A DNA stretch of 61,201 nucleotides, the filler included. It is 4 parts of 4 records of this genome, joined end to end, with 100 filler letters (N's around TTAATTAATTAA, not from the genome) between each part and the next. Parts side by side here need not be neighbours in the genome. Positions count along the whole stretch, not along the records: positions 1 to 21,255 come from DRR378314_1371; positions 21,356 to 41,322 come from DRR378314_1380; 2 more parts are not named here. The stretch is one strand, 5' to 3'. Made by a program: the position numbers and the translations under genes. Within the stretch, counting starts at the first letter, position 1, and every line of letters begins with the position of its first letter. The notes under the pieces are model-generated. The model was not told the origin of the DNA. It saw only the letters and a list, made by a program, of their open reading frames with translations, and ran no database searches. Below, in pieces: positions 18,314 to 28,443 of the stretch.

Positions 18314-18713
18314 TTGTATTTTTATTGTGGACGATGACCCCATTACCGTATTTGGTATCAAAAAAATGTTGAAATCCGTAGTTAGTTGCAATGATCTACA
18401 AATTTTTCAAAATGGCTATGAAGCCTTCGAGGCCATAAAATATAGACAGGCAAATGGGAAAGCTATTCCCGAAGTAATTTTCTTGGATATCAACATGCCC
18501 ATTATGGACGGTTGGGATTTTTTGGATGAATTGATCGCACTAGATGTAAAGGAACAGATCATCATCAACATGATTACTTCTTCCATAGACCCGCTGGATT
18601 ACGAAAAATGGAACTGCGTTAAGGAACGGTGCCCGCATCTACTCAGCTTTAAGAACAAGCCCATTTTTAAAATTGAAGCCAACGATCTTGGTTTTATGGA
18701 CATAGCTTCTTAA
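18300..18713 (+). CDS. Single-domain response regulator
   Basis: IVDDD, FLDINMPIMDGW, KP; overlaps the kinase end. Confidence 0.9.
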   Translation: MKKVSCIFIVDDDPITVFGIKKMLKSVVSCNDLQIFQNGYEAFEAIKYRQANGKAIPEVIFLDINMPIMDGWDFLDELIALDVKEQIIINMITSSIDPLDYEKWNCVKERCPHLLSFKNKPIFKIEANDLGFMDIAS

Positions 18714-18727
18714 ATTATTATATTCTG

Positions 18728-18735
18728 TATTTTTG
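18728..18735 (+). promoter_or_regulatory. Bacteroidota -7 promoter element for the M14 peptidase
   Basis: TATTTTTG matches TAnnTTTG; argues for the TTG start at 18784 rather than 18733. Confidence 0.5.
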
Positions 18736-18783
18736 GGGCTGCCAAGCACAGGTTTTTGTGCGAACCAAAGTTCCCGTAATATT

Positions 18784-20556
18784 TTGAAGTATATATTTTT
18801 TTTAACGGCCCTTTTTCTTTTGACTTCCTGCGAATCTGAAACGCAGGATGAGAAATCCTCGTATCCAACTCATTTTGAATCATCGGATGGAAAAGAAACC
18901 GCGACCTATCAACAGACTATTGATTATTATATTGCGCTTGCCCGCGAATTTCCCGAGATAAACATTCATACCACTGGCAGTACGGACAGTGGCTATCCGC
19001 TGCATACAGTGACCTTTAATCCTGATGGGGATTTTAATTATGAAAACATACGAAAGGAAAAATCCATTATTTTGATCAACAATGGTATACACCCTGGGGA
19101 AAGCGATGGCATTGACGCCACCATGATGCTCTACAGGGACTTGGCCACAGGTCGATTGGAAATGCCAAAGAACACGGTATTGGTCACCATCCCCATTTAT
19201 AACGTAGGTGGATCCCTAAACCGGAATTCCACCACAAGGACCAACCAAAATGGACCTGCCGAATATGGTTTTAGAGGAAATGCCCGTAATTACGACCTCA
19301 ATCGGGATTTTATCAAAATGGATACCCAAAACGCCAAGACCTTTGCTCAAATATTCCACAGGGTAAAACCTGATGTTTTTATCGATAACCATGTGAGCAA
19401 TGGGGCGGATTACCAATATACCCTGACCCATCTTTTTACCCAACATAATAAATTGGGCGGTAAAATGGGAGAATACCTGCACGATAGCCTGATGCCTAAT
19501 CTTGAAAATTCCTTGGCCGAAAAAGAATGGGACATCACGCCTTACGTCAATGTTTTTAATGTTCCGCCAGAAATGGGTTTCAGCCAATTTATGGACCACC
19601 CCAGATATTCCACGGGATACACCACACTTTGGAGCACCTTGGGCCTAATGGTGGAGACACATATGCTAAAACCATACAAACAACGGGTCGAAGGAACATA
19701 TGCCCTGATGCAGAGCTTAATTGAGGTGGTCGAGGCAGAACACGAGAACATAAAATCGCTTCGCAAGGAGACCTTGGAAAGCAACATGGCCCTTTCCGAG
19801 TATTACTTCAACTGGCAGGTGGACACCACACAAAGTTCCAAACTTAATTTTAAGGGGTACGAAGCCGAACAATTGACCAGTGAGGTAACCGGACTTCCCA
19901 GATTAAAATACAACAGGGACAAACCGTTTACCAAAGAGACCATCTATCAAGATTATTTTTATCCCGCTGACACCGTTCACGTTCCTGACGCCTATATTGT
20001 AAAGAAAAGCTGGAAACAAGTAATAGAACGGTTGGATGCCAATAAAATTCAATATTCCCCTTTAAAAAAGGACACCACGCTTACAATAGAGGCATACCAC
20101 ATCGTGGATTACGATACCCGAAACGCACCCTACGAAGGTCACTATTTGCATTACAACACCCAAGTGGGAAAAAGTACCAAGACAGTGCAGTTTAGGGAAG
20201 GGGACCTATTGATACCGACACGCCAACCCGGTATCAGATATATTTTGGAGACCTTGGAACCACAAGGAGCCGATTCATTCTTCAACTGGAACTTTTTTGA
20301 TACCGTATTGCAGCGAAAAGAAGGATTTTCACCCTATGTTTTTGAAGATGTCGCGTTGGAAATGTTGCAAAAGGATTCTTTGTTGTTGCAGGAGTTTAAT
20401 ACAAAAAAAGAAGGTGATTTAAATTTTGCCAACAATTGGTACGCGCAATTAAATTGGATTTTTGAACGTTCCGAACATTTTGAAGAAGCCTACCTCTCCT
20501 ACCCTATTTACAGAGTGGCAAAAAACAGCGATGCATCAGGATTGCTTCCTAATTAA
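18784..20556 (+). CDS. M14 family zinc carboxypeptidase-like lipoprotein
   Basis: Lipobox LTSC; GIHPGE, NRD, DNH zinc/substrate motifs. Confidence 0.82.
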   Translation: MKYIFFLTALFLLTSCESETQDEKSSYPTHFESSDGKETATYQQTIDYYIALAREFPEINIHTTGSTDSGYPLHTVTFNPDGDFNYENIRKEKSIILINNGIHPGESDGIDATMMLYRDLATGRLEMPKNTVLVTIPIYNVGGSLNRNSTTRTNQNGPAEYGFRGNARNYDLNRDFIKMDTQNAKTFAQIFHRVKPDVFIDNHVSNGADYQYTLTHLFTQHNKLGGKMGEYLHDSLMPNLENSLAEKEWDITPYVNVFNVPPEMGFSQFMDHPRYSTGYTTLWSTLGLMVETHMLKPYKQRVEGTYALMQSLIEVVEAEHENIKSLRKETLESNMALSEYYFNWQVDTTQSSKLNFKGYEAEQLTSEVTGLPRLKYNRDKPFTKETIYQDYFYPADTVHVPDAYIVKKSWKQVIERLDANKIQYSPLKKDTTLTIEAYHIVDYDTRNAPYEGHYLHYNTQVGKSTKTVQFREGDLLIPTRQPGIRYILETLEPQGADSFFNWNFFDTVLQRKEGFSPYVFEDVALEMLQKDSLLLQEFNTKKEGDLNFANNWYAQLNWIFERSEHFEEAYLSYPIYRVAKNSDASGLLPN

Positions 20557-21148
20557 AAGGCCAATCCTCAAACAGCACCTTAATGTTATGGTAAGAATTT
20601 TTTAAAGCCTTTTTGGTCTTTCTGGCGCCTTTCCATTTCACTTTTTTAATACCCTCGGATTTTTCCGGGACCAATTTACCGGTGTAATCGGTGGACATGA
20701 TAAACCAATGCGTCTGTTTCAATCGGTACTCTCCGTTTCTTTTAAAGATGTGAAATGTGGTATGTAGAAACCTTTCGATCTCCAGGTTTTTCACTCCCGT
20801 TTCTTCCTCTACTTCCCTAACGGCAGCACTTTCTATGGATTCCCCTTTATCCACTTTCCCCTTGGGCAAGTCCCACTTGCCATTTCGGAAAATAAACAGG
20901 ACCTTACCTTTTTTATTGATTACAAAACCGCCGCCGGCAACCACTACCGGTATTTTGAGCATAAAAAGTTTGAGTATTTTCTTGTCATCAGGATGGTAGA
21001 GATAGGCTTTTTTCAACTTCTTTTTGGACAAAAGTCGAATAGCCTCAACAATGGAATCACCGTCCAACGAAAATAAATTACCATTGGAATCTTGGGGGCG
21101 CTCGTTTGTTAAAATCAGTGGAGCCTCATTAACAAAAACTTCATACAT
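20549..21148 (-). CDS. NUDIX hydrolase
   Basis: Nudix box PKGKVDKGESIESAAVREVEEETG. Confidence 0.9.
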   Translation of the reverse strand: MYEVFVNEAPLILTNERPQDSNGNLFSLDGDSIVEAIRLLSKKKLKKAYLYHPDDKKILKLFMLKIPVVVAGGGFVINKKGKVLFIFRNGKWDLPKGKVDKGESIESAAVREVEEETGVKNLEIERFLHTTFHIFKRNGEYRLKQTHWFIMSTDYTGKLVPEKSEGIKKVKWKGARKTKKALKNSYHNIKVLFEDWPFN

Positions 21149-21155
21149 TTGCGCA

Positions 21156-21255
21156 ATGGTTTTAGATAAGGGAATCGCAAAAAAAACAGCCGAGCTGTTA
21201 TTACAAATTAATGCAATTAAGTTGGAACCTGAAAATCCTTTTACATGGGCTTCAG
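21156..21255 (+). CDS. pyrE: Orotate phosphoribosyltransferase, 5' fragment (contig end)
   Basis: MVLDKGIAKKTAELLLQINAIKLEPENPFTWAS matches the PyrE N-terminus. Confidence 0.85.
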
Positions 21256-21355
21256 NNNNNNNNNNNNNNNNNNNNNNNNNNNNNNNNNNNNNNNNNNNNT
21301 TAATTAATTAANNNNNNNNNNNNNNNNNNNNNNNNNNNNNNNNNNNNNNNNNNNN
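21256..21355. other. Artificial contig spacer
   Basis: N-run + TTAATTAATTAA (stops in all six frames) + N-run, 100 nt. Confidence 0.99.
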
Positions 21356-23110
21356 CACCAGATCCGCGCCCTGCACACGGGCCTCAAGCGTGCCCCAGAT
21401 CATCACGCCCGGATGCGGTGCATCACGGTCGCGCACTTCTTCGGCAGAAAGCAGCGCCCCGACCAGATCGTTGTAATCCGCGGCTGACATTTCGCCACCA
21501 TGTTCCGCGTGTTCCGCCAAGGCATCAACGGTTTCGCGGGCCTTGCGACCTGCCTTTTTCTGCCAAAGCTCGTGTTTGTCCTCACCGGGCTGACCGGCTG
21601 CGATCCTCTCTGCCAAGGCAAGATGCGCAGCAACCCAATCAGACAGCGATTGTTCGGAGCTAATTGGGTGACCACAAAATGTTTCGCCAACCCATGCGAG
21701 CCACGCCATAAATGCGGCATGGCTTTCGCGGTTTTCGATCTTGCCTGCGGCCAGGGTTCCGACCCGTATCAGCCCCTCAGCATCAGGATAAGGCAGCCCT
21801 TCACGCCGGATGCGCATTTCCAGAAGTTGCGTGTTCAACTGATGTTGGTTGCGCCCTTCGCCACTGTGGGTCAGCGGGTGTTTCAGCAAAACCAACAGCG
21901 CCTCTGCATCCAGTTTGCGCAGGAAAAGCGCGGAAACATGGCGCAGAAACCGGCCCGGTGGGGAAAGGTGCAGCGGCGTGCCGGCGCTGTCATCCGGCAG
22001 GATATTCCAGCGGTCCAATGCGGCGGTGACCTGTCTTGTCAGCATCCGATCCGGTGTGATCAGGGCCGCCTTTTGCCCATCCTCAACGGCTTTGCGCAGA
22101 CGCATCGCAATGCTAAGCGCCTCCTCACGTGGCGTGGCGGCCTCGACCAGCGTGATGTTTTGCGTGGCCAGATCAATATCCTTTAGATCCGGGCCCTCGC
22201 TTAACCATGTATCTGTCACCGGTGCTGGCCGCAGCGACAGCGAGATCAGCGCATTACGCGCGGCAGACGGCGGCGGCGTGGGGGCCCAGCTTTCAATCGG
22301 CGGGTCGATGTTCAGCTGCTGCATCAGATCATGAAAACGGTATTGCGGGTGATCTTCTGGTGGGGTCTTGCCGCTAAGTACCGGCCATTGCGAAAGGGGC
22401 ATTGCAAAATCGTACCCTGGCAGGATCAACGCCCCTTGTGGCAATCTGGCGACCGCCTGCATCAGCAGGGAGGTTGTACCGCGCGACCCTGTTGATCCTG
22501 CAACAATAACGGCGTTTTGCGGCTGGTGCTCCTGCCAATGGGCAACAATCATCTGGGTCAATTTGCGCTGGCGGGCCTGGGCGTCAGGCGCTGCGTCCAT
22601 CCCGTCCAGATATTTCGTGGCGATGCCCAGAAACTGCTGGGCGCGTTCCCAATGGCCGGATTGATCCGTAACATCCAGTTTTGCGATATCGTCCGGGCTT
22701 ACCCCTTCGCCCTGCATTTCATCGATCAAGGAGGCAAGGCTGTCAGACAGGGCATAAAGCGAGGCGCGCGGCGCAATGGTCGGATCGGTTGCAATCAACT
22801 GCGAAACCAGTTGGATTAACTCCAGTCGTCGGCGCAAAGCAGGCGTTGCGGGCGGCAGGGTCAGGCCGGGGACCAGTGTCTCAAGGTCGCCAAGCAGCCG
22901 GATATTGGGCAGGAAACCGGCAGGCCCTGCATCAAAAATCTCGCGCAGACGCCGCGCCATGCGTCGGGTGTTCACAATCAGATCAACCCGTGCAATGGCT
23001 TCTGGCGGCTGGCCTGCCAACTTGTGACGCAACCCGTCGATCAAGGCTTGTGGAAAATTGACACCGGGGCTGACGCCGAAAATGCGGGGCTTTTCGGAGG
23101 GCTCAAACAT
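21356..23110 (-). CDS. addB: Double-strand break repair protein AddB, 3'-truncated by contig end
   Basis: MFEPSEKPRIF, AGSTGS, EDHPQY, ALITPDR.L.R.V, DDSAG.PL, IWGTLEARVQ; follows murU as in Alphaproteobacteria. Confidence 0.92.
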
Positions 23111-23795
23111 TGGCTGTTTCCAGCATGTTTTCGGCAAGGGTGATCCCATCGGGATGGCCCACATCGCACCATTTGCCCGGATAGGACAGGCCGAACAGGC
23201 GCTTATCTTCCAACATCCTGTTCCACACCAGATTAAGCGAAAACTTATCCTCCGCGATCTTGTGCAGCAGGTTGGTTTTCATGATCTGGATGCCGCCATA
23301 CACCGTGCCGGGGCCCCGTTCGATTCTACCAGTTTCTGACAGAGTAAAATCGCCTGATCCCGCGTGACCAATGGCCGAACCTGTGGGAACGCAAATCAAC
23401 AGCGCGTCCATCTTTTCAGGGTCCCACGCTTTACACAGCATTTCGATGGGATTTGGCCCTGCCCAGATTGCATCGGTGTTCTGAGTGATCACCGGGCCAG
23501 CGCCCAATAGCGGCAAGGCATTGCGCAACCCGCCCCCGGTCTCAAGGATATCAGGCATCTCGACAATCGTATGCACACCCTTTGGGCGCAGATGTGCGTC
23601 CAGAATATCCGCCTTGTAATGCAGGTTGGCCACGATGGGCGACGCCCCGGCGTCCTTGGCAAGGTCCAGTGCGTGATCAATCAGCGGTTTGCCCGCCACC
23701 TCGATCATCGGCTTGGGTTTCTTTTTTGTCAGTTCTTTCATCCGCGTGCCAAAGCCTGCGGCGAACAGCATCAGGGGATAGGTTTGTGCGGGCAT
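23103..23795 (-). CDS. murU: Nucleotidyltransferase (MurNAc-1-P uridylyltransferase-like)
   Basis: FAAGFGTRM..LT...PKPM, LETGGG, WCDVG; synteny with amgK and tsaE. Confidence 0.8.
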   Translation of the reverse strand: MPAQTYPLMLFAAGFGTRMKELTKKKPKPMIEVAGKPLIDHALDLAKDAGASPIVANLHYKADILDAHLRPKGVHTIVEMPDILETGGGLRNALPLLGAGPVITQNTDAIWAGPNPIEMLCKAWDPEKMDALLICVPTGSAIGHAGSGDFTLSETGRIERGPGTVYGGIQIMKTNLLHKIAEDKFSLNLVWNRMLEDKRLFGLSYPGKWCDVGHPDGITLAENMLETANV

Positions 23796-24781
23796 TGGCG
23801 TTTCATGCGCTCCAGAAATATCGGGGTTGGTTCGGGCAGCAGGGCCGTCAGCAGGGCAGAAAGTTCTTCCAGTTCAGGGTGCGCCAGATTGCGCCACACA
23901 TACCCCCAGACGCGCGGGATCATATCGACATAATGTGCCTTGCCATCGCGCAGACAAAGACGGGCAAAGATGCCCAGAATGCGCAGGTTCCTTTGCAGGC
24001 CAAGAATGGCATAGGTGGCTCTAAAGCGCGCCGCATCCTCTTTTGTCTGCGTCAGCATATAGGTGATGATGCTCTCCTCGACCTTGGCGCTGACATCACG
24101 TCGGGCATCTTGCAGGATAGATACAAGATCATAGGCTGTTGGCCCAAGCAAAGCATCCTGGAAATCAAGCAGACCCACCTGCTCCACCCCTGTACGATCG
24201 GGTAACAACAACAGGTTTTGGGCGTGGTAGTCACGCAGGATCAGTACCTGATCGCCGGCCGTCGCCCGCTCTGCAAAAGATCGAAACTGTGTGGTAAATG
24301 CGGCCTGAGCTGCGGCATCTGCATCCTGTGCGTACCATTCAAACAAGGGCGCAACCATTTCGACCAGCCATGTCGCATCGCAGACAGGTAGCTGCGGTTT
24401 TGGCGTTGTTCGCAGGTGAATCAACACATCCGCCGCCGCCTGATACAGTGGGATCTCGCGCGCTGGATCATCGGCAATCAAATCGGCAAACAAGGCATCG
24501 CCAAAGTCTTCGATCAACAGCAACCCGGCATCTGCATCTTGATGAAGTATTAACGGTGCAGCTAATCCGACCACACGCAAGTGGTCCGCAATGGCGACAA
24601 ACGGGCGCACGTCCTCACCTGTTTCAGGCGGTGAGTCCATCAGGATGGCGGTGGTACCATCCGCAAGGCTTAGCCTGTCATATTTGCGCGCAGAGGCATC
24701 ACCGGCGACCGGCCTGCGCATCGCTTTATCCCATCCGGCACGTTCAAGGAATTGCGCAATCTCAAAGGCACGTGCCGTCAT
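23771..24781 (-). CDS. amgK: Aminoglycoside phosphotransferase family, anomeric MurNAc/GlcNAc kinase-like
   Basis: GDASARKY.R, EDFGD, RDYHAQNL, LDFQDA; ATGA overlap with the tsaE stop. Confidence 0.8.
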   Translation of the reverse strand: MTARAFEIAQFLERAGWDKAMRRPVAGDASARKYDRLSLADGTTAILMDSPPETGEDVRPFVAIADHLRVVGLAAPLILHQDADAGLLLIEDFGDALFADLIADDPAREIPLYQAAADVLIHLRTTPKPQLPVCDATWLVEMVAPLFEWYAQDADAAAQAAFTTQFRSFAERATAGDQVLILRDYHAQNLLLLPDRTGVEQVGLLDFQDALLGPTAYDLVSILQDARRDVSAKVEESIITYMLTQTKEDAARFRATYAILGLQRNLRILGIFARLCLRDGKAHYVDMIPRVWGYVWRNLAHPELEELSALLTALLPEPTPIFLERMKRQCPHKPIP

Positions 24782-25251
24782 ATGTTCCATCGGCTGACCT
24801 TGTTGTCCCATTTTACGTCCGTCCAGCTGGCGTTGATCATCCGTGCCTCATCTGTCGCGCTTGTTCTGATCGTGAGGGTCAAGGCATGCGCCGGTGCCAG
24901 CTGCCCCAACCTGTCGGGCCATTCCACAAGGCAGATATCGGTTTCAAAGGCATCCACAAGGCCAAGTTCCTCAACCTCTTGAATCGACGTCAGCCGGTAA
25001 AGATCAGCATGCCAGATATCGCAGACCGGGGCGGGATAGGTCTGAACCAACGTAAAGGTTGGAGAAGGCACATCCTCGGCCACACCCAGAACCGACTGGA
25101 TCAGCGCACGTGCAAAATGTGTCTTGCCCGCGCCGACATCCCCCTGAAGCAAAATCACGTCACCAGACACCAAAGCGGGTGCCAGTACCGCGGCAAGCTC
25201 TGCCGTCTGGTCAGCAGAGGCTGACGCGATCAAATGAGTTTTTTCGTTCAT
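24778..25251 (-). CDS. tsaE: tRNA t6A biosynthesis ATPase
   Basis: GDVGAGKT, SPTFTLVQ.Y, HADLYRL, VEWP. Confidence 0.94.
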   Translation of the reverse strand: MNEKTHLIASASADQTAELAAVLAPALVSGDVILLQGDVGAGKTHFARALIQSVLGVAEDVPSPTFTLVQTYPAPVCDIWHADLYRLTSIQEVEELGLVDAFETDICLVEWPDRLGQLAPAHALTLTIRTSATDEARMINASWTDVKWDNKVSRWNI

Positions 25252-25323
25252 GCCACATGGTGACAACCGGCCCAATCCTGCGCAAGTCGAAAGCGGTTGG
25301 TGTGGGCATTTCTGTGGGTGATC

Positions 25324-26820
25324 CTAAGCGGGTGTGGTGATGGAAGCCGTGTCAGCCGTGGCAGGTTTTGCGACATGAGAAAACCTGAGCATCATCGCAT
25401 CACCCGAAAGCGCACGTAGCCTGCAGCAAAGCCTCTCCCCCCCAACAAGATCAAGGGTGCAGCTTTGATCAGGGCGCGATCCGATGGTTGTGCCAAAGTG
25501 GGACAGTTCAGATAAGACCGCTGCATTTGCCACTCTTGGCGCCCATAGCTTAAGCGCATCATGGAGTGTCATATCGGCGAAACTGGCCTCAGGGGCGTGG
25601 CCCCACATCCCGCGATATGCGGCATTGCAAAATGTCAGAACTCCAGTGGCAGAGAAAACAACCAGCGCATCATCGACACTGTCCAGAAGCGCCTCGAATT
25701 GTTCTACCTCGGCGCGGTAACTGCGCGACAATGTGACCTCGGCACTGATGTCTTCGATCAGGAATGCGGTTGTTCCGTCAGGATGCTGGCGGCTTTGTAC
25801 GGTATAGGTCCGCCCATCTTCCAGCGACCATGTCTCGTGATATTGTCCGTCTGATGCAGCGGCGATGACATCGGTAATGTCCTGTCGCCATGACCGGTAG
25901 TTTTTCGGCTCCGGCATCCGGCGGTTTTCGCGCAGCGCATCAAAGAAACCCAACATCGTCGGGTGTGTCGCAAGAAAACTGGCCTGTAACCCGGAGAGGT
26001 CAACCAAGGCCGGATTAAAAATGCCCAGTTGACCGCGGTTGTCGAAAATGGCCAGGCCAATAGGAAGATGCGCAAAGGTTTTGGCAAGGGTTTGGACAAA
26101 GCTGCGCTGCGCCTCTTCTGCCCGGACCAAAGCAGTAACCGGGGTGGCGTGATGGATTCCGCCCCGTGCCACCGCATGGGTCTCAACCTCAAACCACTCA
26201 TTTTCATCACCTGACCCCATCAGCAAGCATCGTTGCTTCTGTTTGGTTGGATCCAGTGCAAATAAGGTGCCATTCTGAGCCGCCCCAATATCGCTGACGA
26301 GCCTGTTATAGGCGTCGTTTTTCCAGACCAGCCTGCCCGTTTCATCGGTTTCCCAAGCGGGATGCGGCATGGTCCTGATGCAGTGTTCCGATGGCCCCGC
26401 ATCTTGCGTCATGCGACCCGCTGCACGGTCATCACCCACGGGTTCATACATGTGAACCCAACACAGCCCATCACGCCAGTTCATCTCAATTTCGGACCTG
26501 TCGCCTATGTCTTTTGGACGAATCCTTATGCTGCCGGCTGCACCGGATTGGGGAAGCTCCGGAAAATCGGGAAACCGCTCTATCAGAATATCGCGCAGAT
26601 CGTCCCAAACATGCGTGCTGGGGGCAAAAGCAAAGCGTTTCAGCGCATCGGTATTGCCATGATGCAAGATGCCGTCATCAAATAAGAGCGCCAGGGGTTC
26701 CGATGATACATCAGGCAGGCAGGGCGCGGAGGAAGGTGGTGAAATCAGGAAAGACCGCGCGATCAATGCGGTGGTCGCGGCAATGGTCGTGACAAAAATG
26801 AGTTCGGAAACAGCCAACAT
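25324..26820 (-). CDS. divL: Membrane-anchored multi-PAS protein, Rhodobacterales DivL-like (no kinase domain)
   Basis: N-terminal TM, PAS repeats, LRENRRMPEPKNY.SW motif; position between regB and tsaE; upstream CtrA box. Confidence 0.65.
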   Translation of the reverse strand: MLAVSELIFVTTIAATTALIARSFLISPPSSAPCLPDVSSEPLALLFDDGILHHGNTDALKRFAFAPSTHVWDDLRDILIERFPDFPELPQSGAAGSIRIRPKDIGDRSEIEMNWRDGLCWVHMYEPVGDDRAAGRMTQDAGPSEHCIRTMPHPAWETDETGRLVWKNDAYNRLVSDIGAAQNGTLFALDPTKQKQRCLLMGSGDENEWFEVETHAVARGGIHHATPVTALVRAEEAQRSFVQTLAKTFAHLPIGLAIFDNRGQLGIFNPALVDLSGLQASFLATHPTMLGFFDALRENRRMPEPKNYRSWRQDITDVIAAASDGQYHETWSLEDGRTYTVQSRQHPDGTTAFLIEDISAEVTLSRSYRAEVEQFEALLDSVDDALVVFSATGVLTFCNAAYRGMWGHAPEASFADMTLHDALKLWAPRVANAAVLSELSHFGTTIGSRPDQSCTLDLVGGERLCCRLRALSGDAMMLRFSHVAKPATADTASITTPA

Positions 26821-26871
26821 TTGCGTGCCTCATTACGGCGGAACGCCAACCTTAACCTTATGCTCTTCTTG

Positions 26872-26888
26872 GTTAATTATTGATTAAC
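26872..26888. promoter_or_regulatory. CtrA binding site
   Basis: GTTAA-TTATTGA-TTAAC fits TTAA-N7-TTAAC on both strands; extra TTAACC half site at 26852. Confidence 0.8.
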
Positions 26889-26958
26889 CTAATGGATGAC
26901 TACCATTCCTGTACAAACGGATCATTCGTTTAGGTTTTCCCGGTTGGGGCAGGCCACC

Positions 26959-28344
26959 TTACGGCGTTATTTTCTGGTTCAGCCCCATCGGCTCCGCCTC
27001 GCTTTGAGGTGCCGTTTCCAATTTGGCACGTGGCCAGAACACTTCTACAACGGCACCTTTTTTGGTCGCCTCGGCGGTTCTGTCACCTCCATTGGCGAAC
27101 CTTAGTGTGGCACCGGACCGTTCTAACAGGGTTTTGGCGATGAACAGGCCCAATCCCATTCCTTCATATTCTGGACGGGCGCTGGAGACACGCGACCGCG
27201 ATCTGTCCCGCATGAACGGATCGCCAATACGCCCCAGAATCTGCGCCGGAAACCCGGTTCCATCATCCATGATGCGAATTGAAATGCTGGTTTCGGACCA
27301 ATTGGTTTCAACCCAAACTGTGCTGCCGGCGAAATCAACTGCGTTCTGGATCAGGTTGCGCAGCCCGTGGATGATCTCTGGCTGGCGGGGGATTGTGGGC
27401 TGGTTTCTGCGCTGTCTGTCTTCGGGCAGCTGGGTCAGGATTACCTTTTTGCCCCGGTCCATATGTGGCTCTGCTGATTCAAGCACCACGGCCTCAAGTG
27501 GGGCATGGTGCATGTGCAAATCATCCTTACCGGCCCGGCCCATATTGCGCAGGATGTCGCGGCACCGGTCAGCCTGATCCCGGATCAAAGCAGCATCCTC
27601 GGCCAGTTCCGGGGTGTCTTTCAGATCGTTCAAAAGTTCGGTCGAGGTCAGTTTGATCGTCGCCAGAGGTGTGCCCAGCTCATGCGCGGCGGCGGCGACA
27701 ACACCGCCCAGATCGGTCAGTTTCTGTTCACGGGCCAATGCCATCTGGGTGGCGGCCAAAGCGTCGCCCATCGAATGCACTTCGGTGGTGACCCGGCGTG
27801 AATAAGCACTGGTGAAAACGATGGCGATGACCAATGCGGTCCATTGGCCAAAGATAAACAGACGCGGAATGCGCAGGATATCACCGTCCAGCGTCGTCAG
27901 TGGCAAATGAAACATCGACAACAGTGTCACCAGCACAATTGCGGTTGTGCATAATACCAGTGTGGAACGCAGGCTGAGCGCAGTTGCGGAAATGGTTACG
28001 GGCCCAAGCAACAGCAAGGCGAAAGGGTTGTTCAGCCCGCCAGTCAGGAATAAAAGAAATGCAATTTGTAGCAGATCAAATGTGATCATCCACAGGTTTT
28101 CAAATTCTGACAGGCGTTTGTTTTCAGGGAATATGAATGTGGCGACGAGGTTGGCAATTACCGATGCCCCAACGGCCAGATAACACAGCCCCAGTTCCAG
28201 CTGAATGCCATAGATCAACTGGGCAACGTTGATCGCAATCAACTGACCTGCAATGGCAACCCAGCGCAGCACGATCATCGTGCGCAACCGTATCCAGTTC
28301 GCGCGGGTCCTGCCTGTCAGGGGGCGGATTGTTGCCTGCGTCAT
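26959..28344 (-). CDS. regB: Redox sensor histidine kinase RegB/PrrB
   Basis: LRWVAI.GQ, TGGLNNPF, AAAAHELGTPLATI, DRCR redox Cys, GMGLGLFI. Confidence 0.95.
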   Translation of the reverse strand: MTQATIRPLTGRTRANWIRLRTMIVLRWVAIAGQLIAINVAQLIYGIQLELGLCYLAVGASVIANLVATFIFPENKRLSEFENLWMITFDLLQIAFLLFLTGGLNNPFALLLLGPVTISATALSLRSTLVLCTTAIVLVTLLSMFHLPLTTLDGDILRIPRLFIFGQWTALVIAIVFTSAYSRRVTTEVHSMGDALAATQMALAREQKLTDLGGVVAAAAHELGTPLATIKLTSTELLNDLKDTPELAEDAALIRDQADRCRDILRNMGRAGKDDLHMHHAPLEAVVLESAEPHMDRGKKVILTQLPEDRQRRNQPTIPRQPEIIHGLRNLIQNAVDFAGSTVWVETNWSETSISIRIMDDGTGFPAQILGRIGDPFMRDRSRSRVSSARPEYEGMGLGLFIAKTLLERSGATLRFANGGDRTAEATKKGAVVEVFWPRAKLETAPQSEAEPMGLNQKITP

Positions 28345-28443
28345 CTGCGCACCTTTTGTTTATTCGCCGTTGCGTCTGGGATTTTGTAGCGTAGGTCTGC
28401 ACCAAAGGACGATCAAGAGCGCCAATTGGCACAGGAGGCCGAG

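Noticed and set aside
21256-21355. TTAATTAATTAA palindrome within N-runs (also 41323-41422 and 48492-48591) as a biological repeat
   Set aside because: Identical 100-nt artificial linker with stops in all frames.
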